Assembly (NCBI GenBank): GCA_902796475.1 | Contig: CADBPE010000013.1 | Coordinates: forward strand, 1-56,764 | Source of the DNA: an uncultured Ruminococcus sp. | Lineage (GTDB): Bacteria > Bacillota > Clostridia > Oscillospirales > Acutalibacteraceae | DNA: 56,764 nt | Reading direction: 5' to 3' | Shown here: one piece after another, positions 34,232 through 44,601 of the stretch | How the letters are laid out: each line of letters starts with the position of its first letter | How positions within the stretch are numbered: position 1 is the stretch's first letter | The notes under the pieces: model-generated | Databases searched by the model: none | Seen by the model: only the letters and a program-made list of their open reading frames with translations | Told to the model about the DNA's origin: nothing | Program-made: the position numbers and the translations under genes

Positions 34232-35767
34232 ATGAAAAACAAGAAATATTCATTACTGGTGTTTGCTTTATTACTGACAATGCTGACTTCTGCCTGCTCA
34301 TCGGCGGGCAGGGATACAGAGTCTCCCGCTTCTGGTGACAGCAAGGCTTCGGCCGTTGTCAGTGAAGCTTCAAAAACCGAGCCTTCGGATGAAGATCCGG
34401 ACGCTCCCGTTGAGCCGAGAATAACATATTCCAAGGACGGCGGAGCAGGTACGTCAAAGGATATGCTTGCCGCAAGGGAAGCGCTTACTTATGATTCGTT
34501 TACCGCTGATGAGCCTGTTGGAGAAGCATACGGTGAAAAGAGCCTGACCGCTGCTGCTGCCGCACCCGGCAGCGCAGACGCTGTAAAGAACGAAATAACG
34601 GCGGATGCCGGGGATTATCCCCCGACTGTTTCCGCTGAGGCCTCGTTCGGCGGAGATGACGTTGTTGTTATCGACCCGGTTGAACCGGATCCGTATCAGC
34701 CTGAGCCGGCAATAGGTCTGCTCACCGCAGGAGAATGGAAGGACAATGACAACTGGGGATTCTTCACGAATCTGGTAAACTCAGACAGGATAAGCTTTCC
34801 GAGCTACGGCATTGACCCAAGGTACCGCATAAAGATAGACGTCACTTCCCCCGATAAGGCTCCTCTTGCGAATGTGAAGGTCGATCTTCTGGACAAGGAT
34901 GACAATATAATATGGTCGGCAGTTACAGACAAGAACGGCACCGCCTATGTTTTTGAGGACAAGGAGGGCAGCGGATATTCCGTTCAGGTGAGCGACGGTA
35001 CAAAAACACAGAAAACCGAGCTTTCCGCCGATGCTTCAAAGCCCGTTGCCGAAACAGACCCGCAGTCGCAGCAGCAGGGCAGAGCGTCCGCTGATATAGC
35101 CTTTGGCGTTACCTTTGACGGTGAGGACAAGAAATACGAAAAGCTTGACCTTATGTTTATTGTCGATGCCACAGGCTCTATGGGCGATGAAATGGTATTC
35201 CTGCAGAAGGAATTTACCGGCATTTCCGAGGCTGTCGGCGACAAGAACACCCGCTATTCCGTTAACTTCTACCGTGACGAGGGCGATGAGTATGTAACAA
35301 AGTGCTACGACTTTACAAAGAATGTCGCGGATCTTCAAAAGCAGCTCAATTCAGAGGTTGCGACAGGCGGCGGTGACACCCCCGAAGCGGTAGACAGGAT
35401 ACTTGAGGAGTCGATCGTCAAGTCAAGATGGTCCGAGGATTCCGTGAAGTTAGCGTTTATGATATTTGACGCGCCGCCTCACGAGGGGACTGAGGAATCT
35501 ATTCTCAATTCCGTAAAGGCAGCCGCCGAAAAGGGCATAAGGCTGATACCGGTTGTATCGTCCAATTCCGAGCGTGAAACGGAGCTTTTCGGCAGAGCCT
35601 GCGCCATTGCAACAGGCGGTACTTATGTATTCCTTACAGACGATTCAGGCGTTGGCGGTTCGCACCTTGAGCCTATCATAGGAAAATATCAGGTAGAGAA
35701 GCTCTATGACCTTATTATCCGTGTGATAGACGAATACAAGCAGGCGCCGGAAATTGCGGCTGACTGA
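34232..35767 (+). CDS. Secreted/lipo-protein with C-terminal vWA domain
   Basis: Signal peptide ending LTSAC. LDLMFIVDATGSMGDEM (a MIDAS-type DxTxS variant) begins a vWA-like domain. Confidence 0.7.
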   Translation: MKNKKYSLLVFALLLTMLTSACSSAGRDTESPASGDSKASAVVSEASKTEPSDEDPDAPVEPRITYSKDGGAGTSKDMLAAREALTYDSFTADEPVGEAYGEKSLTAAAAAPGSADAVKNEITADAGDYPPTVSAEASFGGDDVVVIDPVEPDPYQPEPAIGLLTAGEWKDNDNWGFFTNLVNSDRISFPSYGIDPRYRIKIDVTSPDKAPLANVKVDLLDKDDNIIWSAVTDKNGTAYVFEDKEGSGYSVQVSDGTKTQKTELSADASKPVAETDPQSQQQGRASADIAFGVTFDGEDKKYEKLDLMFIVDATGSMGDEMVFLQKEFTGISEAVGDKNTRYSVNFYRDEGDEYVTKCYDFTKNVADLQKQLNSEVATGGGDTPEAVDRILEESIVKSRWSEDSVKLAFMIFDAPPHEGTEESILNSVKAAAEKGIRLIPVVSSNSERETELFGRACAIATGGTYVFLTDDSGVGGSHLEPIIGKYQVEKLYDLIIRVIDEYKQAPEIAAD

Positions 35768-35791
35768 TAAATATAATATGATCTGAAACAA

Positions 35792-35835
35792 AGCCTCCCG
35801 GACGCATCGGAATGATACGGCCGGGAGGCTTTTTA
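35792..35835. terminator. Terminator between convergent genes
   Basis: 10-bp stem AGCCTCCCGG/CCGGGAGGCT followed by TTTT. Confidence 0.75.
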
Positions 35836-35894
35836 TGGGGATATCAGGAGGATGCTGTCAGTACGCAAAAACGGCTTTTGCAGGTAATGTCCGG

Positions 35895-36842
35895 TCAGAT
35901 GCACTTTTTCAGCGGCGCCGGACTGAAGATCGTCTCAATGCGCTTTTCGCATGAGGCGGGGGAGTAGCAGAAGGAATCAATATGCGAGCCTGTACAGTAA
36001 TAGACCGGCTCTTTCGGCTCACAGTCATAATCGAAGGTGTCTATTATTATCAGCTTTATCTTCATCCTGTCAGGAATGATGTTCTTGATGTAAACGCTTG
36101 CCTGCTGTCCGGGACGAATGTTGTCCTTCATCTCCGCAAGACCGGCAAGATTAGGCGTCAGCTCCACAAAAGCGCCGTAGTCCTCTACCGAACGGATTAT
36201 TCCCGCTACGGTCTCGCCGATCTCGAAACTGCTCACGTTTTCTTCCCATGTGCCCAGCAGCTCCTTCTGCGAAAGACTGATGCGCCCGTTTTCTACCGAG
36301 CGTATTACGGCTTTGATCTCCATGCCGACCGAAAGACGCTCACGGGGATGGTCGATGCGCGAAACGGAGATAGCGTCTATCGGCAGAAGCGAAACGATGC
36401 CGCAGCCGATATCCGCAAAAGCGCCGAATGAATCGAGGTGGGTTATACGGGCGTCGATGATATCGCCGGGGATAAGTGTCGATACATAATCACGCATGCA
36501 GCGCTCCTGAGCGGCTCTTCGTGAGAGCATAGCGACGGTGTGTCCGGAGCTGTCCTTTGTAAGCTCGGTTATGACAAAGCATACGGGTCTGTTTACACGG
36601 GATATGACCGCGATATCCCTTACGCTGCCTTCTCTTATGCCTACGGCGCCTTCTTCACGCGGGATAATGCCCTTGACCGCGCCCAGATCGACTATAAGAT
36701 CATGAGCCGAGTTGCAGACCATCGCCCTTGCTTCGAGTATCCTGCCTTCGTGACAGGCCTCTGCAAGAGATGAAAGGGACTGCATGGCGGCAAGATTCTC
36801 CACCGTGTTTATGAGTCTGCCTTCAGGATAATATCCTGTCAT
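35895..36842 (-). CDS. S1 RNA-binding domain protein (multiple S1 repeats)
   Basis: Repeated S1-type segments (GDIIDARITHLDSFGAFADIG and GETVAGIIRSVEDYGAFVEL). Confidence 0.75.
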   Translation of the reverse strand: MTGYYPEGRLINTVENLAAMQSLSSLAEACHEGRILEARAMVCNSAHDLIVDLGAVKGIIPREEGAVGIREGSVRDIAVISRVNRPVCFVITELTKDSSGHTVAMLSRRAAQERCMRDYVSTLIPGDIIDARITHLDSFGAFADIGCGIVSLLPIDAISVSRIDHPRERLSVGMEIKAVIRSVENGRISLSQKELLGTWEENVSSFEIGETVAGIIRSVEDYGAFVELTPNLAGLAEMKDNIRPGQQASVYIKNIIPDRMKIKLIIIDTFDYDCEPKEPVYYCTGSHIDSFCYSPASCEKRIETIFSPAPLKKCI

Positions 36843-37035
36843 TTTGCTTTCATTCCTTTCCTGATGAGGCCGGGCCTCTTTAGTTTTTCTTCACATACTT
36901 ATGAAACGACAAACAATTCTATGCGTTGCCGGCCGTGTTTTTCAAAATACACTTGCATTCTCACGATATGTATTATAGAATAATATAGTATAGTCTGCCA
37001 ATGATAGGCAAATTAACATCGGGAGTGTGCAAACA

Positions 37036-37413
37036 ATGAGTGAAAACAACGACAACATAAAATTCCTGTCTGCCATATCATATATTTCCGTCCTCTTTGT
37101 TGTGGGACATTTTGCTGTCGAGCGGGATAATCCCGACCTGAGATTTCATAAGTATCAGGGAGCCGTACTTTTTGCGGCGGCTCATGCGCTTTACCTTGCG
37201 GAGGGTATTTTGCTGCTGATACTGTCGTTCGTTCCCGGACTCCGTTCTATTGTGGGGTTCCTGCTGACCGGAGCCATATCTCTTGCGTACCTGATGATGA
37301 TCGTTATGGGCATAAGCTCTGCGCTGAAGTTTGAGCAGAAGCAGCTGCCGTTCATAGGATTTTTTGCGGTAAGGCTGAGGGAAGCAAGAGACAGGCAAAG
37401 ACGCTCACATTGA
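37036..37413 (+). CDS. Small membrane protein (DUF4870-like)
   Basis: ATG 37036 lies 10 nt after GGGAG. Three or four TM helices. The N-terminal region KFLSAISYISVLFVVGHF is typical of this family. Confidence 0.6.
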   Translation: MSENNDNIKFLSAISYISVLFVVGHFAVERDNPDLRFHKYQGAVLFAAAHALYLAEGILLLILSFVPGLRSIVGFLLTGAISLAYLMMIVMGISSALKFEQKQLPFIGFFAVRLREARDRQRRSH

Positions 37414-37493
37414 GGATATCACCGTTTGTTCAGGTGATGTATATATTATAACATTTTGAATGATCGAAAATTGACGCTATAAGGGTGAGAAAT

Positions 37494-37832
37494 ATGAGTG
37501 AAGATATAATACTTGTAGATTCTTATGATCTTGATGTAAGGATAGAAAACGGCTTTTGTGCAGTGCTGTTTTATTCACAATGGTGCGTACACAGCAGAGG
37601 ACTCATTCCGATTATCGAAGAAATTGCCGATGAATATTATGATTACATGAGATTTTATGCTCTTGATGTAGAGCAGTCGCCGGATGCGGCGTCGGTATTT
37701 GCAGTTGATACAACGCCTACGGTAATATTTTTCCGCAACGGAAAGATAATTGAGAGGATAACAGGAGCAAACCCGCCGTCAGCCTACACAGAAGTGATAG
37801 AAGATGTAATTGCGGTGCTGGACAGCGAATAA
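37494..37832 (+). CDS. Thioredoxin-fold protein with WCVHS instead of WCxxC
   Basis: Thioredoxin-like layout (VLFYSQWCVHSRGLIPIIEEIADEY...TPTVIFFRNG). The second active-site Cys is replaced by Ser. Confidence 0.7.
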   Translation: MSEDIILVDSYDLDVRIENGFCAVLFYSQWCVHSRGLIPIIEEIADEYYDYMRFYALDVEQSPDAASVFAVDTTPTVIFFRNGKIIERITGANPPSAYTEVIEDVIAVLDSE

Positions 37833-37860
37833 AATACAGGCTGACCGTCCTCTGAGGTTG

Positions 37861-38159
37861 TTAAGAATACAAAACACAAAAGCTTCGCTCAAGCTTTTTC
37901 ATAGGCTTGAGCGAAGCTTTGTTGTTTGGTTTTTGGTTTGATATTTTTGAGCGCGGTCTGCTGCGTTTCCGCTTGTTTATCTGCGAACGCGCAATCGGGA
38001 GCGGCAGCTTGCCGCCTTGAGCGAAGCTTTGTTGTTTGGCTTTTGGTTTGATAATTTTGGGCGCGGGCTGCTGCGTTTCCACTTGTTTATCTATGAACGC
38101 GAATTTGGGAGCGCAGGCTCTGCGCCGCCGGCGGCTGTCAAGGATCTGATAACATCGCA
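37861..38159. repeat. Type-B modular repeat array, copy B5 (reverse orientation relative to B2)
   Basis: About 120-bp unit repeated in tandem (37906-38025 / 38026-38135). Its reverse complement matches the B2 modules (GGCGGCAAGCTGCCGCTCCCGATT..., AGATAAACAAGCGGAAA). Confidence 0.85.
37879..37935 (+). terminator. Strong terminator embedded in the Type-B array
   Basis: 16-bp stem AAAGCTTCGCTCAAGC/GCTTGAGCGAAGCTTT followed by GTTGTTTGGTTTTT. Confidence 0.8.
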
Positions 38160-40049
38160 TTACCGCGGGGTTCTGCCGGGCTTGGAACGCTTGTAGTATT
38201 CCAGCAGCTCGTAAAGATCGTCGATTTCTTCCATTATCCTTTTGCCGTTGTCGGTATCCTTTACCATGATGCGGTTTTTTTCGGTTTCTATCAGCCTTGA
38301 GCTTGAGATTATGTCGGTATTCTCGCTCAGGGCTTTTTCAATGGACTCAAACGGCTGGTGCGCCTTGATCCTCAGACCGTGAGAATTGTATATCAGCGTG
38401 TAGCCGGCAATGCCTGTCTTGCAGTGGTAGTCCCGGCAAAAGCCGCCGTCAATAACGAGAAGCCTTCCGTTGGCTTTAAGGGGCTGCTCTCCGCTCGATG
38501 CAAGCACCGGCGTGTGACCGTTTATTATGTGTGAGTATGGGGAATAAAGGTCAAATTCCCTAAGTATCATGCTGCAGCACTTTTCGGTTTCGTAATAACG
38601 GTAATAAGGGTCGGATTCCTCGTGCCAGGTGCTCTTGTCGTCTATGAAATAGCGCTCGAAGGTCTTTATGTTCCGCCCGCAAAGCGGCGAACGTCTGCCG
38701 CACCACAGATACCACAAAAGGTCAAGCTCCTCGCTGTCCTTTTCTCTGCTGTACCATACCCGCCTTACGGCGCTGTCCGCAAGGTCAAGCAGGGCGCGTC
38801 CCTTGTACAGCCTGCCGAAAAGATCTACGCCGTAGAAATTCCCGTTATCGTCCAGAGGTATGCAGCCGTGATACAGCAGATTTCCGTTGTAACAAAGATA
38901 CATGCTGCCCTTTTCCAGAAGAAAACGAACGTGCTTTCTCAGCCGTGAGCTGTTGAGAAAAGCGGCTTTCAGCTCGTCCATAATGGTCTGCTCTTCGGGC
39001 GAAAAGCTGTAAGGCATTCTTGGGTCAAGCGTGGGCAGCTCAGGCACGTTCAGAGGATAAGCTTTTCCGTCAAGCTCAACGGTGCCGGCGTCCTTGTTAA
39101 TCCTGCCCATAAGCAGACGGTCGTTCATGTCATATTCGGGGTGCCGCAGAATGATCTGCCCCTCGGCTTTGAACTGCATTACAGTAATGGCTCTGAGGGC
39201 GCGTTTCATGATGTCGTCATCGCTGTATGTCATTCCGGCAAAAACAGTCAGATTCCTAAGACTGATGCCGTAGCCGCTTTCGAGAGTTTCAAGGGTCTTG
39301 TACTTTATGCAGCCCCTTATAACATTGCAGATGCAGGCTTCGTTTCCTGCGGCGGCTCCTATCCATAGCATATCATGGTTGCCCCATTGTATGTCAAGAG
39401 AGTGGTGCTTTATGAGCAGATCAAGTATCTTGTCGGCGCTTGCGCCACGGTCGAAAATGTCTCCGACAATATGCAGGTGGTCAACAGCCAGACGCTTTAT
39501 CAGTCCGGCAAGGGCGTCGATGAAATCCTCGGCGTCAATTCCTATTATGCTGTCGAGAATTTTCTGGTGATAGAGTATCTGATTGTCGTCCTCGTCCTTC
39601 TGCGCGTGAAGAAGCTCGTCAATAATGTAGGCGTAGTCCTCCGGCATGGCTTTGCGCACCTTTGAGCGGGTGTACTTTGATGAAAGTACGCCCGCTATTT
39701 CTATCATTCGGTGTATGATGAGCCGGTAGCGCTCGGCGCTTATGACACGCTCGCTTTTGATGTGCCGCATCTTTTCCTTCGGATAATAAATTATGGTGCA
39801 GATCTCCTCGATCTCGCTGTCCGAAAGACGGTCACGGTACAGCATATCGGCTTTTTCGCGTATTACTCCTGCGCAGTTGTTCAGAATATGGCAGAAGGCT
39901 TCGTATTCGCCGTGAATATCGCTCATAAAATGTTCTGTCCCCTTGGGCAGATTGAGTATCGCCGACAGATTTATTATCTCTCGTGAAAGTGAACGCATGG
40001 TGGGATATTTTTCCGACAGCAGGCTTAAATATTTTTCTTTCTTTTCCAT
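38160..40049 (-). CDS. fbp: Fructose-1,6-bisphosphatase class 3
   Basis: 629 aa. The N-terminus KYLSLLSEKYPT...EIINLSAILNLPKGTEHFMSDIHGEYEAF is typical of Firmicute class-3 FBPase. Confidence 0.9.
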   Translation of the reverse strand: MEKKEKYLSLLSEKYPTMRSLSREIINLSAILNLPKGTEHFMSDIHGEYEAFCHILNNCAGVIREKADMLYRDRLSDSEIEEICTIIYYPKEKMRHIKSERVISAERYRLIIHRMIEIAGVLSSKYTRSKVRKAMPEDYAYIIDELLHAQKDEDDNQILYHQKILDSIIGIDAEDFIDALAGLIKRLAVDHLHIVGDIFDRGASADKILDLLIKHHSLDIQWGNHDMLWIGAAAGNEACICNVIRGCIKYKTLETLESGYGISLRNLTVFAGMTYSDDDIMKRALRAITVMQFKAEGQIILRHPEYDMNDRLLMGRINKDAGTVELDGKAYPLNVPELPTLDPRMPYSFSPEEQTIMDELKAAFLNSSRLRKHVRFLLEKGSMYLCYNGNLLYHGCIPLDDNGNFYGVDLFGRLYKGRALLDLADSAVRRVWYSREKDSEELDLLWYLWCGRRSPLCGRNIKTFERYFIDDKSTWHEESDPYYRYYETEKCCSMILREFDLYSPYSHIINGHTPVLASSGEQPLKANGRLLVIDGGFCRDYHCKTGIAGYTLIYNSHGLRIKAHQPFESIEKALSENTDIISSSRLIETEKNRIMVKDTDNGKRIMEEIDDLYELLEYYKRSKPGRTPR

Positions 40050-40220
40050 AGACTGGCTCCTTTCTGGTGATTATAGTAAAAATTATGTACTAAAATTCGC
40101 TGATATAGCAAAAATGGCATAAAGTGGAAAAATGCGCTCATCTATGATTAAGTAATACCATATAAACATGAATAAATAGTGAACTTTTGATTAACATTGA
40201 AAAAATATGATAGAATATGC

Positions 40221-40248
40221 TTGACATTGGCAAAAATTCTGCTATAAT
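40221..40248 (+). promoter_or_regulatory. Promoter of the fructose operon (TTGACA-N16-TATAAT)
   Basis: -35 at 40221-40226 and -10 at 40243-40248. Confidence 0.65.
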
Positions 40249-40281
40249 TTGAACCAGAGGACAGATTCGAGGTGATAAGTG

Positions 40282-41031
40282 ATGCTTACCCAAGAGCGAT
40301 ATAGGACTATTATAGATATTCTCTCGGAGCGTGACGCCGCAACTGTGACAGAGCTTGCCAATGCTCTGGGCATCTCGGAATCGACCATCCGGAGAGATCT
40401 GACGGCGCTTGACCGCGAAGGCAGACTGCGCAAGGTGTATGGAGGAGCTACGGCGATCAACCGCACAGAGGGAGCCTTGGAGGACGAGGTCAAGGTCAGG
40501 GATCAGATTATGGCTCAGGAAAAGGATCTTATCGGGGAATATGCGGCGACTCTTATCAATAACGATGACTTTATCTATATTGATTCGGGCACTACCACGT
40601 CAAGACTGATAGATCATATCGGAGCATCAAGAGCCGTCTTCGTTACCAACGGCATAATCCACGCGCAGAAGCTGCTGAGCAAGGGACTGAACGCCTACAT
40701 GATCTGCGGCAGGATAAAACCGGTCACTGCATCTGTCATAGGTTCGGAGGGAATAAATTACCTGCAAAGATTCAATTTCACAAAGGCTTTCATCGGCACA
40801 AACGGAATTGACGTGACTTCGGGCTACACCACACCCGACAGCGACGAGGCCATTATGAAAAGCAAAGCGATCGAGAAAAGCTTTGCGGTATTTGTTCTTG
40901 CGGATCACAGCAAATTCAGGAGGGTATATCCGGTGACCTTTGCAGAACTGAAGAAGTGCTGCATCATCACAGATAAGCTGCCTTACAGCAGCTTTTCGGA
41001 TAAAACGATCATAAGGGAGGTGAGATCATGA
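40282..41031 (+). CDS. fruR: DeoR-family repressor of the fructose operon
   Basis: DeoR HTH (ERYRTIIDILSERDAATVTELANALGISESTIRRDL) plus a sugar-phosphate-binding C-terminal domain, sitting upstream of fruK and fruA. Confidence 0.85.
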   Translation: MLTQERYRTIIDILSERDAATVTELANALGISESTIRRDLTALDREGRLRKVYGGATAINRTEGALEDEVKVRDQIMAQEKDLIGEYAATLINNDDFIYIDSGTTTSRLIDHIGASRAVFVTNGIIHAQKLLSKGLNAYMICGRIKPVTASVIGSEGINYLQRFNFTKAFIGTNGIDVTSGYTTPDSDEAIMKSKAIEKSFAVFVLADHSKFRRVYPVTFAELKKCCIITDKLPYSSFSDKTIIREVRS

Positions 41032-41930
41032 TCTACACACTTACGCTGAATCCTTCCATCGACTATGTTGTTCATCTGAACTCATTTGTCGGCGGCATAA
41101 CGAACCGCACTACGAGCGAGGACTACTTCATCGGAGGCAAGGGTATCAACGTTTCCTGCATTCTTGCGGAGCTGGGACTGAAAAGTACGGCGCTGGGCTT
41201 TACTGCCGGCTTCACCGGTGACGCCATAGAAAAGGGTCTGCGGGAGATGGGTATATGCTCAGACTTTATCAGGCTTAAAGAGGGCATATCCAGGATCAAC
41301 ATCAAGGTGAAGGCTGACAAGGAAAGTGAGATCAACTGTCAGGGGCCGCACATTTCCGAGGAGGAGTTTGAACAGCTTCTGAAAAAAACCGATGAGATAG
41401 GGGACGGCGACACCATTGTTCTTGCCGGCAGCATACCGAAAACCGTTTCGGATGACGCTTACGAGAGGATACTCAGGCGGCTTGAGGGCAGAGATGTGCG
41501 CAAGGTGGTGGACGCAACAAGAAAGCTTTTGCTGAACTGCCTGCCGTACAGACCTTTCCTTATCAAGCCCAACCGTCAGGAGCTCTCGGAGATATTCGAC
41601 AGAGAGGTAGTTACCGAGGAGGAGACCGAGTCCTGCGCAAAGGAGCTTATGAAGATGGGCGCGCGGAACGTGATAGTTTCGCTGGGCGGCGACGGAGCCG
41701 TACTGTTTGCGGAGGACGGAAAGACCTATCATACCGGAGTGGTAAAGGAAAAGGTGCTCAATACCGTTGGTTCGGGAGATTCGATGGTTGCGGGCTTCAT
41801 AGCCGGATATGAACAGAAGGGCGACTACGGCCACGCTCTGAGACTTGGAACAGCCTGCGGAAACGCAACTGCATTCTCAATGGGTCTGGCGACAAAAGAG
41901 AAGATAATGGAAGTTTTTGAAAAGCTGTGA
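41028..41930 (+). CDS. fruK: 1-phosphofructokinase (PfkB family)
   Basis: MIYTLTLNPSIDY N-terminus and the GSGDSMVAGF motif. ATGA overlap with fruR. Confidence 0.9.
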   Translation: MIYTLTLNPSIDYVVHLNSFVGGITNRTTSEDYFIGGKGINVSCILAELGLKSTALGFTAGFTGDAIEKGLREMGICSDFIRLKEGISRINIKVKADKESEINCQGPHISEEEFEQLLKKTDEIGDGDTIVLAGSIPKTVSDDAYERILRRLEGRDVRKVVDATRKLLLNCLPYRPFLIKPNRQELSEIFDREVVTEEETESCAKELMKMGARNVIVSLGGDGAVLFAEDGKTYHTGVVKEKVLNTVGSGDSMVAGFIAGYEQKGDYGHALRLGTACGNATAFSMGLATKEKIMEVFEKL

Positions 41931-42105
41931 GCGGGCAGCCGGAGAAAAAGCCGCTGTCATAATGCCAACCCTGATATGACAACAGAGATCAATAAGTCCG
42001 AATGACCTTTATCACAAACAAAAACTTCCATTTTCGATCATGTTCCGGAACTGAACGGAATAAAAGAACGGATCATCAATAACACAACATAAGGGGGTAA
42101 AAAAT

Positions 42106-44118
42106 ATGCGAATAACGGATCTGCTAAAAAAACAGGGCATCGAGATAGGAGCCGCTGTGAAGGATAAAGCGGCAGCTATTGAAAAGCTTGTTGCGCTGCA
42201 TGAAAAATGCGGCAATCTGAAGGACAGAAAGGCGTATAAAGAGGGCATACTTAAAAGAGAGGAAATGGGCACCACCGCCATCGGCATGGAGATAGCCATT
42301 CCTCACGCAAAGAGCGAGGCTGTAAAGGCGCCGGCACTTACAGCGATCACCGTTCCGGCAGGCGTAGATTACGGGTCACCTGACGGAGAGCCATGCAAGC
42401 TTATCTTTATGATAGCGGCAACCACTGACGGCGATGTTCACCTTGAGGTGCTTGCCCGCATGATGCAGATGCTCATGGATATGGATTTCACGGCTAATCT
42501 GAAAAAGGCAAAGACCGCAGACGAGTTCCTGAAGCTCATAGATGATAAGGAAACGGAGAAGTTCCCTGATGAAGCCAAGAAGGAGGACAAGCCGAAGGCT
42601 GATGCTCCGAAGGCGGCAGGCGGAAATGACGGAAGAATAAGAGTTCTGGCGGTCACAGCCTGTCCGACGGGTATTGCGCATACCTACATGGCAGCCGAGG
42701 CTCTTGCCAAGGCGGGCGAAAAGATGGGCATTACCATAAAGGTAGAGACCAACGGCTCAGGCGGCGCAAAGAATGTTCTTACCGCCAAGGAGATCGCGGA
42801 TTGTGACGGTATCATCATAGCCGCCGACAAGAGCGTTGAGACTGCTCGTTTTGACGGCAAGCCGGTGTTTTCCACCAAGGTCGCAGACGGTATCCACAAG
42901 CCGGAGGAGCTTATAAACAAGATCATAAACAAGGAAGCTCCCATATTCAAAGCAGACAAGAAGGCTGCCGCAAGTGAATCCATAGGCAACGAGAGCTTCG
43001 GAAGAAAGCTTTATAAGCACCTGATGAACGGCGTATCCCATATGCTGCCCTTCGTTGTTGCGGGCGGTATCTTCATAGCCATAGCGTTCCTTATCGATGC
43101 GGCTTGCGGCGTAGAGGCTGCCGGCAACAGCGCATTCGGTACGGTGAATCCTGTGGCTGCATGGTTCAAGAATATCGGCGGATTTGCATTCAACTTCATG
43201 CTTCCGCTGCTGGCAGGCTTCATAGCTATGTCCATAGCCGACCGTCCCGGTCTGTTGGTAGGTATTATCGGCGGTCTGTTGGCTTCTAACGGCGCTACCT
43301 TTGCCGATCCGGGCGCAGCTTCAACGGTTCCCTCCGGCTTCCTTGGCGCTCTTCTGGCGGGCTTCCTTGCAGGCTGGCTCATGAAGCTCTTTGAAAAGCT
43401 CTGTAACCACTTGCCCCGCGCTCTTGAAGGCATCAAGCCGGTGCTGCTCTATCCGCTTGTCGGTCTGGGCATAGTAGGCGTTATGATGTGCGCTGTCAAC
43501 CCGATAATGGCGGTCATAAACACCGGTCTTAACAACGGTCTTACATGGCTCAGCGACAACAATCTCGGTATCCTGCTGGGCTGCATCCTCGGCGCAATGA
43601 TGTCAATAGACATGGGCGGCCCGTTCAACAAGGCGGCTTATGTATTCGGTACAGGTATGCTCACTCAGGCTGCAAACTCGATGGATGCCGCGTTCCAGGC
43701 TAACTGCTATCAGGTAATGGCTTGCGTTATGATCGGCGGTATGGTTCCTCCTATCGCTATTGCGCTTTCAACTACTATTTTCAGAAAGTACTGGACTCCC
43801 GACGAGCGCAAGAACGGCATTGTAAACTTTATTATGGGTCTGTCGTTCATTACTGAAGGCGCTATCCCTTACGCCGCATCCTATCCGCTGAAGGTCATTC
43901 CTTCATGTGCGCTTGGCGCTGCAACAGCAGGCGCTCTCTCGTGGGCATTCGGTTGTACGCTCATGGCTCCTCACGGCGGAATATTCGTTATTGCGACAAT
44001 AGGCAGTCCGTTTATGTATCTGCTGGCACTTCTCATAGGCTCGGTGGTAGGTGCGCTGATGCTTACCTTCCTCAAGAGTCTCGGCTCAAAGAAGGAGAAG
44101 AAGGCAGAAAAGAAGTGA
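42106..44118 (+). CDS. fruA: PTS fructose-specific EIIABC
   Basis: IIA (AIPHAKS), IIB (LAVTACPTGIAHTYMAAEAL) and a polytopic IIC domain. Confidence 0.9.
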   Translation: MRITDLLKKQGIEIGAAVKDKAAAIEKLVALHEKCGNLKDRKAYKEGILKREEMGTTAIGMEIAIPHAKSEAVKAPALTAITVPAGVDYGSPDGEPCKLIFMIAATTDGDVHLEVLARMMQMLMDMDFTANLKKAKTADEFLKLIDDKETEKFPDEAKKEDKPKADAPKAAGGNDGRIRVLAVTACPTGIAHTYMAAEALAKAGEKMGITIKVETNGSGGAKNVLTAKEIADCDGIIIAADKSVETARFDGKPVFSTKVADGIHKPEELINKIINKEAPIFKADKKAAASESIGNESFGRKLYKHLMNGVSHMLPFVVAGGIFIAIAFLIDAACGVEAAGNSAFGTVNPVAAWFKNIGGFAFNFMLPLLAGFIAMSIADRPGLLVGIIGGLLASNGATFADPGAASTVPSGFLGALLAGFLAGWLMKLFEKLCNHLPRALEGIKPVLLYPLVGLGIVGVMMCAVNPIMAVINTGLNNGLTWLSDNNLGILLGCILGAMMSIDMGGPFNKAAYVFGTGMLTQAANSMDAAFQANCYQVMACVMIGGMVPPIAIALSTTIFRKYWTPDERKNGIVNFIMGLSFITEGAIPYAASYPLKVIPSCALGAATAGALSWAFGCTLMAPHGGIFVIATIGSPFMYLLALLIGSVVGALMLTFLKSLGSKKEKKAEKK

Positions 44119-44214
44119 TCTGAAAAAACCGGTTATCTGACGGCAGGCAGCCGCCCGACCAAAAAGGCGGCTGCATAAAAATAAAAAATAATATATTGTA
44201 AAGGAGATAATATT

Positions 44215-44478
44215 ATGGTATCAAAGGTATTAACAGTTCCGAACGCACAGGGCTTCCACATGAGACCCGCATCAGTTTTTTCAACAGCTATGGGCAAGTA
44301 TCCCTGCAACGTAACTATCAAGTTCAACGGCAATAGCTATAACGCAAAGAGTACCCTGAACCTTATCGCAGCTTGTATGAAGTGCGGCAGCGTTATCGAG
44401 CTGATCTGCGACGGCGATCAGGAAAACGAAGCTCTTGCTGAGGGCGCAAAGATGATCGAGGACGGCTTCGGCGAATAA
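44215..44478 (+). CDS. ptsH: Phosphocarrier protein HPr
   Basis: His15 context GFHMRPAS. Ser46 is present (NAKSTLNL). 87 aa. Confidence 0.9.
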   Translation: MVSKVLTVPNAQGFHMRPASVFSTAMGKYPCNVTIKFNGNSYNAKSTLNLIAACMKCGSVIELICDGDQENEALAEGAKMIEDGFGE

Positions 44479-44556
44479 TATGCCGCTGCGAATGACGGCC
44501 CCCGGAATAGAACGGAAAAGGGAACAAAAGGAAGAATAGTGAAGGGATAAGGCAAA

Positions 44557-44580
44557 GGGAGCGGCAGAGATGCCGTTCCC
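44557..44580 (+). other. Intercistronic hairpin between ptsH and ptsI
   Basis: GGGAGCGGCA-GAGA-TGCCGTTCCC (10 bp, one mismatch), preceded by a roughly 55-nt polypurine tract. It resembles the Type-B GGGAGCGGCAG module. Confidence 0.5.
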
Positions 44581-44601
44581 GATTTACAGGAGGTGAAAAA
44601 A

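Noticed and set aside
37861-38160. 99-aa ORF (MRCYQILDSRRRRRACAPKF...) between the thioredoxin-like gene and fbp.
   Set aside because: It lies entirely within the Type-B tandem repeat array and terminator hairpins. It has highly basic low-complexity sequence that mirrors the repeat period, and no SD.
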